Source: Bacteroidia bacterium (GTDB taxonomy: Bacteria > Bacteroidota > Bacteroidia > J057). Taken from it: a stretch of DNA of 64,000 nt. The notes under the pieces are model-generated. The model was not told where the DNA came from. It did not search any database and saw only the letters and a list, made by a program, of their open reading frames with translations. This document shows positions 1 through 8,903 of this stretch, piece after piece. The stretch covers positions 21,074-85,073 of the forward strand of contig JAUIKF010000008.1 in the NCBI GenBank assembly GCA_030430575.1, read 5' to 3'. The translations under genes and the position numbers were made by a program. Positions within the stretch are counted from its first letter, which is position 1. Each line of letters starts with the position of its first letter.

Positions 1-527
1 GTGCCGTGGCAGAGAAAGCCAAAGCCATGCAAGAATTGGATGGCGTAGGCAAAGAGCACGAAGAGTTTAAGCTTCGCTTGGAGAAGGAGAAAGCCGTCGA
101 ATTGGCGACGATAGACATCCAGCGCGAGATCGCTGCGGCCCAAGCCAAGGTCTTGGCAGAAGCCCTCAAAGCAGCCAATATCGAGATCGTCGGTGGCGAT
201 CAGGAGTTCTTCGACCGCATCACCAATGCCATCACCCAAGGGCGCTCTGTCGACCGCCTCATGGACAGCAGCACCAACTTGACTGATGTCAAGAAAGCCC
301 TCATCGGCGACGGTAACGGCAATTTTGGCAGCAAAATCAAGGACATGGTCAAGCAATTAGGCCTCAGTTCTGAGGACGTGAAGAACCTGACCATCTCTGC
401 CTTGCTGTTCCAATTGATGGACAAGTCCAAGGACAAGGACCAGAAATCTGCCTTGCAGAATTTGCTCGCGACTGCTACGCAGTTGGGCTTGGCGGATAAG
501 ACGGCCGCGTCGCTGGGCCTTAGCTAG
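1..527 (+). CDS. Flotillin/SPFH-family protein, C-terminal fragment; the 5' end lies beyond the window edge
   Basis: The ORF runs off the 5' window edge. The C-terminal helical region is Ala/Glu/Lys-rich and contains '...AKVLAEALKAANIEIVGGDQEFF...', which resembles flotillin/YqiK C-termini. An in-frame GTG lies at position 6. Confidence 0.5.
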   Translation, partial: AVAEKAKAMQELDGVGKEHEEFKLRLEKEKAVELATIDIQREIAAAQAKVLAEALKAANIEIVGGDQEFFDRITNAITQGRSVDRLMDSSTNLTDVKKALIGDGNGNFGSKIKDMVKQLGLSSEDVKNLTISALLFQLMDKSKDKDQKSALQNLLATATQLGLADKTAASLGLS

Positions 528-692
528 GAAGTTGAAATCAAACCATATAAGGCATATAAGATCATTTAAGGAAAAAATTATGAGTGATGAAGGATAACGA
601 GTGAGAAAATAACACATTCATAATTCCTTCATTCAACATTAATCTTATATGCCCTTAAATGTCTTATATGGTTCCTCTCTTAATGGAACTAC

Positions 693-1403
693 ATGAAATA
701 TTCATTCATCATCATTCTGCCGCTTCTGATAATAATTGCCTGCACCAGCGCAGGCCCAGCTAACGGCGTAGAGACCAATGCTCAAAAGCTACACTACGCG
801 CCAGAAGCAGAAGCCCGCATCGAAGCCTGCCTCTCCCTGGCAGAACAATCAGCGGACGGACAGTTGTACCAAATGATGAATAATGGAAAGGTGGCCTTTG
901 AGCAAACGCACAGAGTAGCAATCACCGAAGTAGGAAACGGCAATGGCTATCATTTCATTGAACTGTACAATGTCTATATCAATGAAGATGACGGAACCAC
1001 AGAGTACTACCTCTCGGAATTTACCTTGAGAAAAGAGGACTTTGGTGGTAAACACAGCAGCGAAGACTTTCGCGTGGTGGTAGCAGCCGACTCCGCCTAT
1101 ATTTACCTAAATGAAAAATCATTCTTTCAGCTCAGCCAAGTGAGAGAAATCACAGTTGATGATGGGTCATTTCCTGTCTACGAACTGCTCGGCTATTCAC
1201 ATAGCCACGGAGACGACCCCAACGCCATCAAGGACTTCAGTGACCGGAACCCCCCAGCCTATTACAAATACTGGAGTCCTTTGCTAGGCACCCTTTTGGT
1301 CCGCAGTACAGACGAGATGCAATATGAGCTAGCAAAGACTGGCGACAAGGCGCAAGACAAATTGGTGGAAAAGCTGAAAGCAGGATTAGAAGAAGAAAAA
1401 TGA
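693..1403 (+). CDS. Hypothetical lipoprotein (236 aa)
   Basis: Signal peptide followed by a lipobox (LIIIAC). No recognisable domain. Confidence 0.6.
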   Translation: MKYSFIIILPLLIIIACTSAGPANGVETNAQKLHYAPEAEARIEACLSLAEQSADGQLYQMMNNGKVAFEQTHRVAITEVGNGNGYHFIELYNVYINEDDGTTEYYLSEFTLRKEDFGGKHSSEDFRVVVAADSAYIYLNEKSFFQLSQVREITVDDGSFPVYELLGYSHSHGDDPNAIKDFSDRNPPAYYKYWSPLLGTLLVRSTDEMQYELAKTGDKAQDKLVEKLKAGLEEEK

Positions 1404-1522
1404 GTAAATAGGAAAAACCTCTCTTGAGATTCTATCATCCTATCATCCACTCATTCTATCATTTTCTTCCTCCCATTTTATCATTTATTCATCTACTCAT
1501 TTAATCATTCTCCCCCCCTCCG
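1404..1522 (+). promoter_or_regulatory. Pyrimidine-rich 5' leader carrying 'ACTCATTCTATCATT' / TCAT-repeat motifs
   Basis: Reiterated 'tcatcc / tcattct / atcatt' units lie immediately upstream of the start codon at 1523. The same motif recurs upstream of the minus-strand gene at 39427 and within 22290–22400. Confidence 0.4.
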
Positions 1523-4500
1523 ATGCCCGATAAACAACATACTTCTCAAGATATACAAATGGAAGGCGGCGCCTATGAACTCATTCGCAAGCGCCTCCTC
1601 GGCCAGAGTGACCTGCTTCGCGACCGCATGGGCCAGCTCAACGCGGCTCGGAAGGAGATATTCGGCGCGGTAGACACCACTCTCCTCGCCAACGACCGCA
1701 TCACCACGGACAATAACTGTATCCCCAGAGACATGGTCGCCATTGACAACCACTTTGTCTTTGGCTACAATGTCCATATTGGGCTAAGGACTGAGATCAA
1801 GATCTCTGACGTCTTTAGCATGTACCGCTTTGAGCCGTCGGATCACTCCTTTCACCAGGAGTCGCTCGACATGCTGGGTGACAAGCAGTTCGCAGAAGAT
1901 TTCCTCAACCTCTACAAATACTACAAAAACACTGTTTTTTCGAAGTTTGCCGTTATAGGGCCGCATTTGTATATGGTCTTTCAAGTAGGCAAAGGGGTAC
2001 AGGACATCAAGTCCTTCAAGTGGGCCATCAAAGAAAATGAACTCATTTATCTAGGCAATCGCTTTGACCATGAAGTCAAATTTCCCCAGCAGCACGAATT
2101 TCGCTGGACCCGTGCCACGCGCGACATGCAGCGGCGCGGGACATCTCCCCATATTTCAGTCCTTGACCGTGTTTTTGTAGACACCTTGGGCGGCGACCTG
2201 ACCATCAAAGTCGAAGACAATACCGACACGGGCAAAGGCATTTACACCGAACCTGTAGACCACAAAGAACAGACCCTCGACGACGCGGAGTTCTATTTTG
2301 CGGACGTAGGCGGCCTGATTCTACTGAAAATCAAACCCTATCAGGAAGAGGACTTCCGCTACATTATTTTTAATGAAAAGCTACAAGAAGCCGTGCGCAT
2401 CGACGCCTTGGAACACGCAGGCGTATTGCTTCCTGACGGCCATGGCCTCATTTTCTCAGATGGGTATTACCTCAAAACCGGCGAGTTCAAAATTTTTGAC
2501 AATGAGCTCACGGACATGCACTTCGAGAAGCGCATCCCATCCCCCAATGGCGAAGACACGCTATTTGTCTTCTACAACCAGGTGTCAGGCTTATATGTCC
2601 TGATGCCCTATAACCTCGTTGAGCAGCGCGTCAATACCCCAATCTCCTGCCACGGCTACAGCATTTTCCCCAATGGCGAACTCTGCTATTTCAAGGCCGA
2701 GGAGACGCCTGGCAAGCACCACGTCGTGCAAGTATGGCAGACGCCCTACACCACGAGCGAATTTGTCGCTGCCGCCAAATCGGAAGGCTACCTCTACAAG
2801 GTAGGCAATAAGGACCTCGTCCGCGGCATGGCCGAATGCAACGAGTTGCTGGCTGTCATTCACAAGGATGATAGTTATTCGAGTCTGTATATAGATTTGG
2901 TCAAAAAGTGCAATGACATTCTGGATAGCTATTACTGGATCGACCACGAAGAGGCTTTTACCCTCTCCGAGCCGCTCAAAGGCATGCGTGACGCCTCTGC
3001 CACGGCCATCGACGAATTCGAAAAAGTACGCCGCCTCAAGGCCCATACGGCAGAGGAACTGAAACGCGTATCTTCGGAAGCAAATGCACTGACTGATAAA
3101 TTGAAGCGCTATAAGGCGAAGTCAGTAGACCAATTTGTGGGGTATCTGGCTGATCTGAGGCGGCTTCGGGGAGAACTTATTTCGCTGAAAGAATTGCGCT
3201 ATATCTCCTTGGAGCAGGTGGAAAAAATGGAGGCAACCGTCACGGAACAGACGGACAAAACAGCTAAGGCCTGTGTGACCTTTTTACTCCGAAAAGACGC
3301 CCTGGATCCCTATTTGAAAAAAGTCGAAGGAGAAAAGAAAGCGGCAGGAGAATTTGTGACAGTGGCAGAAGGAGAAAAGGTAGAGGAAAGAATCAACCAG
3401 ATCGGGCAAGAACTCGAATTGCTCATCCAGACGGTCAGCAACCTCAAGATCGATGATGCCACGCAGACGACCGCCATTATCGATAAAGTATCTGCTATCT
3501 ACTCGCAGTTGAATCAACTTCGAGCCAAGGTGCGCCAGCGCAGCAAGGAATTGAAAGGCACCGAAGCCGTTGCCGAGTTCAATGCGCAATTGAAATTGCT
3601 GAATCAGGCCGTACTGAATTACCTCGACCTCTGTGATACACCAGAGAAATGTGAGGAATATTTGACCAAATTGATGGTGCAGGTAGAGGAATTGGAGGGT
3701 AAATTCAGTGAGTACGATGAATTTGTAGCCGAACTGACAGGGAAGCGAGAGGAATTGTACAATGCCTTCGAAACGCGCCGCCTGAGCCAGGTGGAGGCGC
3801 TCAATAAGCGTGCGAGTTCTCTTCAAAGTGCTGCAGAGCGCATCCTCAAAGGCATTCAGAACCGCGTCTCCCGCTTCGAAGAAGCGACAGAGATCAATAG
3901 CTATTTTGCCGCGGATTTGATGGTGGAGAAGGTACGTGATATTGTCACTTCCTTGCGTGAAATGAACGACTCAGTCAAGGCGGGCGACATCGAAGCAAAG
4001 CTGAAGACGGTGCGCGAAGACACCTTGCGCCAGCTCCGCGACCGGACAGACTTGTATGTCCAGGGCGAAAATGTGATCAAATTTGGTCGCCACCACTTCT
4101 CTGTCAATGTGCAAGCCCTCGACCTTACTGTGGTCCCACGCGATGGAGAAATGTATTTCCACTTGTCAGGTACCAATTTTTTCGAAAAAATCACCGATCC
4201 CCAATTTCTGGATACACGCCCTGTTTGGGACCAGTTATTGGTTTCGGAAAATAAAGAGGTCTATCGGGGCGAATATTTAGCTTACCAAATCTTACAACAC
4301 CTCCGTCAACCCGACTCTATCAGCATCGATGAATTTCAGACATTCGACAGCGCCAAGGTCTTGGCGTTTGTTCAGGAATTCATGGCGCCTCGCTATCACG
4401 AGGGATATGTGAAGGGCGTGCATGATCAAGACGCAGCGAAGCTGCTGATGAGCCTTTCGGAGCTGAGCGCTGAGATCGATTTGCTGCGCTATGCGCCGCA

Positions 4501-6421
4501 GGCGCGTGCCATGGCCGCCGTCTGGTGGGAAGGCTTTGTAAGCGAAACGAAAAAAGCCTTGTTGGCCCATCGCCTGAAAGGCGCTGGCGTCGTCTTACAG
4601 ATATTCCCCAATACCCAGGAGTTCAGCGATTTGCTGGAAGACCTCCAAGAGCACCTCCGCCTATTCTGCGAAGTACACAAGCTTTTCCCTCAACACCTCG
4701 CGCCTCAAGCTGCCGAGTACCTGTTTTATGAACTTTCGTTGGGTGATCATTTTGTGATCAGCGGAGAGGCAGCCAAGGTCTATAAAGATTTTAACGCTTA
4801 CCTCAAAAAGAAGCGATCCGCCAAAAAATACGAGGAGTCTATCAAGCGATTGGCAGAGGCTCCAGAGCAGCGCTATGAATTGATTCAAACGTGGATTCGC
4901 GCCTATGCGGGGAGCAATGGGTACGCAAATGCTTTCAAAGCCTATGTAGAAGAAGTTGCGGCCATCATTTTCAGCAACCGCTTCGATGAGAAGCAGGTGC
5001 TCAATGTCGCCACGACTTTATCGGCCGAAGGCCTTACGGGTGAGCATGCCTTGATCCAGGAAAAAGGTGCTTACACGGTGGATTACATCCATTTCATGGA
5101 CAAACTGCGTCGCTTTGAGCGGGAAGTCGTGCCCATGTTTGAGCATTTTTCCGAGCTAAAAAAGGAGCTTACCGCCAAATTCAAGCAAGAATTGCGCTTA
5201 GCGGAATTCCAGCCGCGCGTGCTGACTTCATTTGTCCGCAACCAACTGATCGACGAAGTATACCTTCCCCTCATTGGCGACAACCTCGCCAAGCAGATCG
5301 GTACGGTAGGGGAAAATACGCGGACGGACCGCATGGGCATGTTGCTATTGATTTCGCCTCCAGGCTATGGTAAGACGACCTTGATGGAATACATCGCCAA
5401 TCGTTTGGGCTTGATCTTTATGAAGATCAATGGCCCTGCCATCGGTCACCATGTGACTTCCCTCGACCCTGCTGCTGCACCGAACGCGGCAGCCAAAGAG
5501 GAACTCGCCAAGCTCAACCTCGCCCTCGAGATGGGCGACAATATCATGCTTTACCTGGATGACATCCAGCATTGCAATCCCGAATTTCTCCAGAAATTCA
5601 TTTCCCTCGCCGATGGGCAGCGCAAGATAGAAGGCGTCTACAAAGGCCATACAAGGACGTATGACTTGCGTGGCAAGAAGGTCTGCGTCGTCATGGCTGG
5701 CAACCCTTATACAGAGTCTGGTGACAAGTTCCAGATCCCTGACATGCTCGCCAACCGCGCCGACACCTACAACCTCGGTGACATCCTCGGTGATAATGAA
5801 CTGGCCTTCAGCCACTCCTACATCGAGAACTCGCTCACTTCCAACGAGGTGCTTCATCGCCTTTCCACTCGTCCACAAGCGGACATCCACAAGCTGATTC
5901 ATCTCGCCAAGACAGGCGACGAAGGTATCTCCTTCGAGACCAATTTTGGCGCAGACGAATTGCAGGAGTACCTAAGCGTGTTGAAAAAATTACTGGTCAT
6001 CCAAGAGGTAGTCCTCAAAGTCAACCAGCAGTATATCTACTCCGCTGGCCAGGAAGACGCTTACCGTACAGAACCGCCCTTCCAGCTCCAGGGATCTTAT
6101 CGGAATATGAATAAGCTCGTGGAGAAGGTGGTTCCCATCATGAACGACAAGGAGCTAAAAACCCTGATTCTCTCTCACTACGAGAACGAGTCCCAGACCT
6201 TGACTTCTGGCGCAGAAGCCAATCTCCTCAATTTCAAGGAAATGATGGGCTGGGCGACAAAAGCTGAGCAGAAACGCTGGCTCACCATTAAGGAGACGTT
6301 TGTCCAGCAAAAAACCCTTTCAGGGGACCGGCTCGGACAGTTGGTCCAACAGATGGGCAGTTTTTCGGAGGGACTGTTGGGCATCAGAGATGCGCTGGAG
6401 GGGAGAGATCGCTCGGGCTGA
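1523..6421 (+). CDS. Giant 1632-aa protein with a C-terminal MoxR-like AAA+ ATPase domain
   Basis: Walker A 'ISPPGYGKTTLMEY'. Walker B and sensor region 'IMLYLDDIQHCNPEFLQKFISLADGQRKIEG' match the MoxR/AAA_5 pattern. 'VVMAGNPY...RADTYNL' is arginine-finger-like. Residues ~500–900 are long coiled-coil (E/K/L-rich). Confidence 0.8.
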   Translation: MPDKQHTSQDIQMEGGAYELIRKRLLGQSDLLRDRMGQLNAARKEIFGAVDTTLLANDRITTDNNCIPRDMVAIDNHFVFGYNVHIGLRTEIKISDVFSMYRFEPSDHSFHQESLDMLGDKQFAEDFLNLYKYYKNTVFSKFAVIGPHLYMVFQVGKGVQDIKSFKWAIKENELIYLGNRFDHEVKFPQQHEFRWTRATRDMQRRGTSPHISVLDRVFVDTLGGDLTIKVEDNTDTGKGIYTEPVDHKEQTLDDAEFYFADVGGLILLKIKPYQEEDFRYIIFNEKLQEAVRIDALEHAGVLLPDGHGLIFSDGYYLKTGEFKIFDNELTDMHFEKRIPSPNGEDTLFVFYNQVSGLYVLMPYNLVEQRVNTPISCHGYSIFPNGELCYFKAEETPGKHHVVQVWQTPYTTSEFVAAAKSEGYLYKVGNKDLVRGMAECNELLAVIHKDDSYSSLYIDLVKKCNDILDSYYWIDHEEAFTLSEPLKGMRDASATAIDEFEKVRRLKAHTAEELKRVSSEANALTDKLKRYKAKSVDQFVGYLADLRRLRGELISLKELRYISLEQVEKMEATVTEQTDKTAKACVTFLLRKDALDPYLKKVEGEKKAAGEFVTVAEGEKVEERINQIGQELELLIQTVSNLKIDDATQTTAIIDKVSAIYSQLNQLRAKVRQRSKELKGTEAVAEFNAQLKLLNQAVLNYLDLCDTPEKCEEYLTKLMVQVEELEGKFSEYDEFVAELTGKREELYNAFETRRLSQVEALNKRASSLQSAAERILKGIQNRVSRFEEATEINSYFAADLMVEKVRDIVTSLREMNDSVKAGDIEAKLKTVREDTLRQLRDRTDLYVQGENVIKFGRHHFSVNVQALDLTVVPRDGEMYFHLSGTNFFEKITDPQFLDTRPVWDQLLVSENKEVYRGEYLAYQILQHLRQPDSISIDEFQTFDSAKVLAFVQEFMAPRYHEGYVKGVHDQDAAKLLMSLSELSAEIDLLRYAPQARAMAAVWWEGFVSETKKALLAHRLKGAGVVLQIFPNTQEFSDLLEDLQEHLRLFCEVHKLFPQHLAPQAAEYLFYELSLGDHFVISGEAAKVYKDFNAYLKKKRSAKKYEESIKRLAEAPEQRYELIQTWIRAYAGSNGYANAFKAYVEEVAAIIFSNRFDEKQVLNVATTLSAEGLTGEHALIQEKGAYTVDYIHFMDKLRRFEREVVPMFEHFSELKKELTAKFKQELRLAEFQPRVLTSFVRNQLIDEVYLPLIGDNLAKQIGTVGENTRTDRMGMLLLISPPGYGKTTLMEYIANRLGLIFMKINGPAIGHHVTSLDPAAAPNAAAKEELAKLNLALEMGDNIMLYLDDIQHCNPEFLQKFISLADGQRKIEGVYKGHTRTYDLRGKKVCVVMAGNPYTESGDKFQIPDMLANRADTYNLGDILGDNELAFSHSYIENSLTSNEVLHRLSTRPQADIHKLIHLAKTGDEGISFETNFGADELQEYLSVLKKLLVIQEVVLKVNQQYIYSAGQEDAYRTEPPFQLQGSYRNMNKLVEKVVPIMNDKELKTLILSHYENESQTLTSGAEANLLNFKEMMGWATKAEQKRWLTIKETFVQQKTLSGDRLGQLVQQMGSFSEGLLGIRDALEGRDRSG

Positions 6422-6660
6422 GGAGACCGCTCGGGCTTCGAAGACTCAGCCCTCGCTGCGAGAAGCGAGACCGTTCGGGCTGCACCCTCACTGCGAGATC
6501 GCTCGGTTCGAAGACTCACCTCGCTGCGAGACAAGAGAGAAGTCTTTGCCTTTAGTCTCGTAGTGAGTCTTCGAGCGGTCTCGGTTCTCGCAGTCAGGAG
6601 CTCCGCGACGAACGATCTCGCAGTGAGCGCAGCGAACGGTCTCTAAACCAGACTCCTTTT
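6421..6660. repeat. Composite palindromic GC-rich intergenic repeat element (family A)
   Basis: Built from units such as 'gagaccgctcgg', 'cttcgaagactc', 'ctcgcagtgag' and 'gaacgatctcgcag'. About 85% identical to the 8655–8903 copy. Imperfect terminal inverted repeats. Confidence 0.85.
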
Positions 6661-6996
6661 AAACCCAAGAATCATTCTTCGAATTTCTGTAACAGCTGCG
6701 ACAAGCTGGTTGAGTTCTATTTCAGAAATAAAGTACAAGTCAAATGCAAGGTATAGTTGTGTTTCTACCTCGCATGAAGAACCGATAGCTATATCCAAAA
6801 AATGAGCAAGTTGTCTATTTGTTCCTCTTCCACACCCTTCTGAAATATTGGATGGGATAGAGACCGCGGCTCTTCTTATCTGAGATGTTAGCCCAAACTT
6901 TTCATTATCAGGAAATTTAGCAGAAATTGAGTATATGTTTTTAACAAAAAGTCTGGACTCCTTCCATACCGATAATTTTGCAAAATTATGTTTCAT
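6643..6996 (-). CDS. Four-helix-bundle protein ('23S rRNA intervening-sequence protein' family)
   Basis: 117 aa. Motifs 'GLTSQIRRAAVSIPSNISEGCGR' and 'FLDIAIGSSCEVETQL' are typical of PF05635 (TIGR02436). The gene sits between two family-A repeat copies. Confidence 0.75.
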   Translation of the reverse strand: MKHNFAKLSVWKESRLFVKNIYSISAKFPDNEKFGLTSQIRRAAVSIPSNISEGCGRGTNRQLAHFLDIAIGSSCEVETQLYLAFDLYFISEIELNQLVAAVTEIRRMILGFKRSLV

Positions 6997-7077
6997 GGTT
7001 TAGGGGATAAATAGGGCTTAAACAGAAATCTCAGTCACATTAGACGGAAAAACAAAGACTATCTAAACAAAGACCGC

Positions 7078-7262
7078 TCCCTACGGTCGCTGCGAGAGGC
7101 GAGACAATTCGGGCTCTGCCGAAAGGCAGTTCTTCTTGTCTCAAAGCGAGGGCGAGTCTTCGAGCCCGAGCGGTCTCGGTTCTCGCAGTGAGGAGCTCAG
7201 CGACGAACGATCTCGCAGCGAGGGTGAGTCTTCGAGCCCGAGCGGTCTCTTCTCAAAAAAAA
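7078..7262. repeat. Family-A palindromic repeat element
   Basis: Uses the same unit set ('gagtcttcgagcccgagcggtctc' appears twice). Immediately precedes the MATE start codon. Confidence 0.8.
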
Positions 7263-7282
7263 ACCTTAAGTTTGCTCCGCAA

Positions 7283-8653
7283 ATGTCCACCGGCCCAGCA
7301 CCAGACCTCAGCCAACGCATCCAGCAAGACGGCCTTTGGCGCCTCATGTGGAAGCTCTCCATCCCCGGCCTCTTGGGGATGTCTGTCAATGCTATCAACA
7401 ACTTTATGGACGCCCTTTTTGTGGGGCGAATGATCGGGGAAGACGCGTTTGCAGCCATTTCGCTGGCGTTTCCCATCATGTTTGTCGTGAGTAGCTTCAC
7501 GGCCATGACAGGGCAGGGGTCATCGTCCTTGCTGAGTAGAGCAATCGGTGCCAAAGACCTTGTCCAGCAGGAAAAAATCTACAGCAATCTCGTGGCACTC
7601 AACCTCATGATCACCTCTCTGCTCATGCTCGCAGGGTGGATATTTGCTCGAAAACTCATTGCCTTTATGGGAGGGCAAGGCCAGGTTTTGGAATATGGGA
7701 CACAATATTTTCGCATTATCGTGCTAGGCTCCTTCTTCCGCTCCTATGCCATCGGCACCAATATGCTCATCCGCGCCGAAGGCAATATGAAACATGCCAT
7801 GCTATTTGCTGCGCTGGCCGCAGGGCTGAATATTTGTCTCAATCCCCTCTTTATCGGGCCATTGGGCTTAGGGATCAAAGGCGCAGGATGGGCCACTGTC
7901 GTCTCTATGGTGTTTTATGGCCTCCTCAACCTCTGGTATTTCACCAAAGGCAAAGTCTCCTTTCCCATCAAACCTTTTGTCCTTTCACTTGACAAACCCA
8001 TCATCAAGGAAGTCATGTCAGTCGGCGTTTCTGCCATGGCCCTCCAGGCCATGTTTTTTGTGCAGCAAGCTGTAGTTTTCAAGTCGGTAGCACATTATGG
8101 CAATGATACAGAAATTGCCCTCATGGGAGCTGTATATCGCATTTTTCTACTTTTGGTGATTCCTTTGGTAGGGATGATGCAGGCCCTTCAAGCCGTAGTA
8201 GGCATCAATTATGGGGCAAAACTATATGGGCGGGTAAAAAAAGCCCTGGGAGTCTTCACCTTTAGTAGCACTCTGTTGCTCACCTGTGTATGGCTGTTTA
8301 TGGAATTATGGCCTCGTTTAATCTTGGGCTTACTACTGCCAAAAGTCGCCTTTGACGCCCATCAAATCTTCCTTTTCAGGGTAGCTATCGCTGCCATTCC
8401 GCTAACGGCCTTGCTATTTGCAGGCATATCATTCTTCCAAGCTCTGGGAGACGGGCTGAAAGCTACTGTCCTTCTGGTCTCCCGCCAAGTAGGCTTATTT
8501 GTGCCTGTGACTCTTCTCCTCCCGCTCTGGTGGGGCCTGGAGGGCATTTTCTATGCTGCTCCCCTCGTAGATTTCTTCGTCGCTTTTGTCCTGGTCTACG
8601 TCCTCTGGAGGCAAATTGTAAAATTGACGCGGGCGGAAGGAAAAAATAAGTAA
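7283..8653 (+). CDS. MATE-family efflux transporter
   Basis: Twelve predicted TM helices with a MATE signature N-terminus '...LWRLMWKLSIPGLLGMSVNAINNFMDALFVGR'. The start was chosen at the ATG (7283) after the repeat; the listed ORF start at 7136 is a repeat-encoded extension. Confidence 0.8.
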   Translation: MSTGPAPDLSQRIQQDGLWRLMWKLSIPGLLGMSVNAINNFMDALFVGRMIGEDAFAAISLAFPIMFVVSSFTAMTGQGSSSLLSRAIGAKDLVQQEKIYSNLVALNLMITSLLMLAGWIFARKLIAFMGGQGQVLEYGTQYFRIIVLGSFFRSYAIGTNMLIRAEGNMKHAMLFAALAAGLNICLNPLFIGPLGLGIKGAGWATVVSMVFYGLLNLWYFTKGKVSFPIKPFVLSLDKPIIKEVMSVGVSAMALQAMFFVQQAVVFKSVAHYGNDTEIALMGAVYRIFLLLVIPLVGMMQALQAVVGINYGAKLYGRVKKALGVFTFSSTLLLTCVWLFMELWPRLILGLLLPKVAFDAHQIFLFRVAIAAIPLTALLFAGISFFQALGDGLKATVLLVSRQVGLFVPVTLLLPLWWGLEGIFYAAPLVDFFVAFVLVYVLWRQIVKLTRAEGKNK

Positions 8654-8654
8654 A

Positions 8655-8903
8655 TTAGACCGTTCGGGCTTCGAAGACTCAGCCCTCACTGCGAGAGACG
8701 AGACCGTTCGCGCCTGCGGCACTCACTGCGAGACCGCTCGGCTCGAAGACTCACCTCGCTGCGAGACAAGAGAGAAGCCTTTGCCTTTAGCCCTTCGATA
8801 AACTCAGGGTAAATCTCGTAGCGAGTCTTCGAGCGGTCTCGGTTCTCGCAGTGAGGAGTTCCGCGACGAACGATCTCGCAGTGAGCGCAGCGAACGGTCT
8901 CTT
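8655..8903. repeat. Family-A palindromic repeat element
   Basis: Near-identical to 6421–6660. Ends 1 nt before the ATG of the CHAT-like/NTPase/WD40 gene. Confidence 0.85.

Noticed and set aside
6178-7554. Several 60–140-aa ORFs (6178–6534 −, 6300–6563 +, 7141–7554 −, 7188–7433 +) and the N-terminal extension of the MATE ORF (7136–7282) encoding 'SRSEGESSSPSGL'-type peptides
   Set aside because: They lie entirely within family-A palindromic repeat elements. Their reading frames come from the repetitive GC-rich DNA, and the same applies to 8495–8722, 15451–15729 and 52855–53358.
6421-8903. CRISPR array
   Set aside because: The repeats are long, imperfect and palindromic, with no regular short unique spacers, and there are no cas genes. 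They are classified as REP/MITE-like elements.
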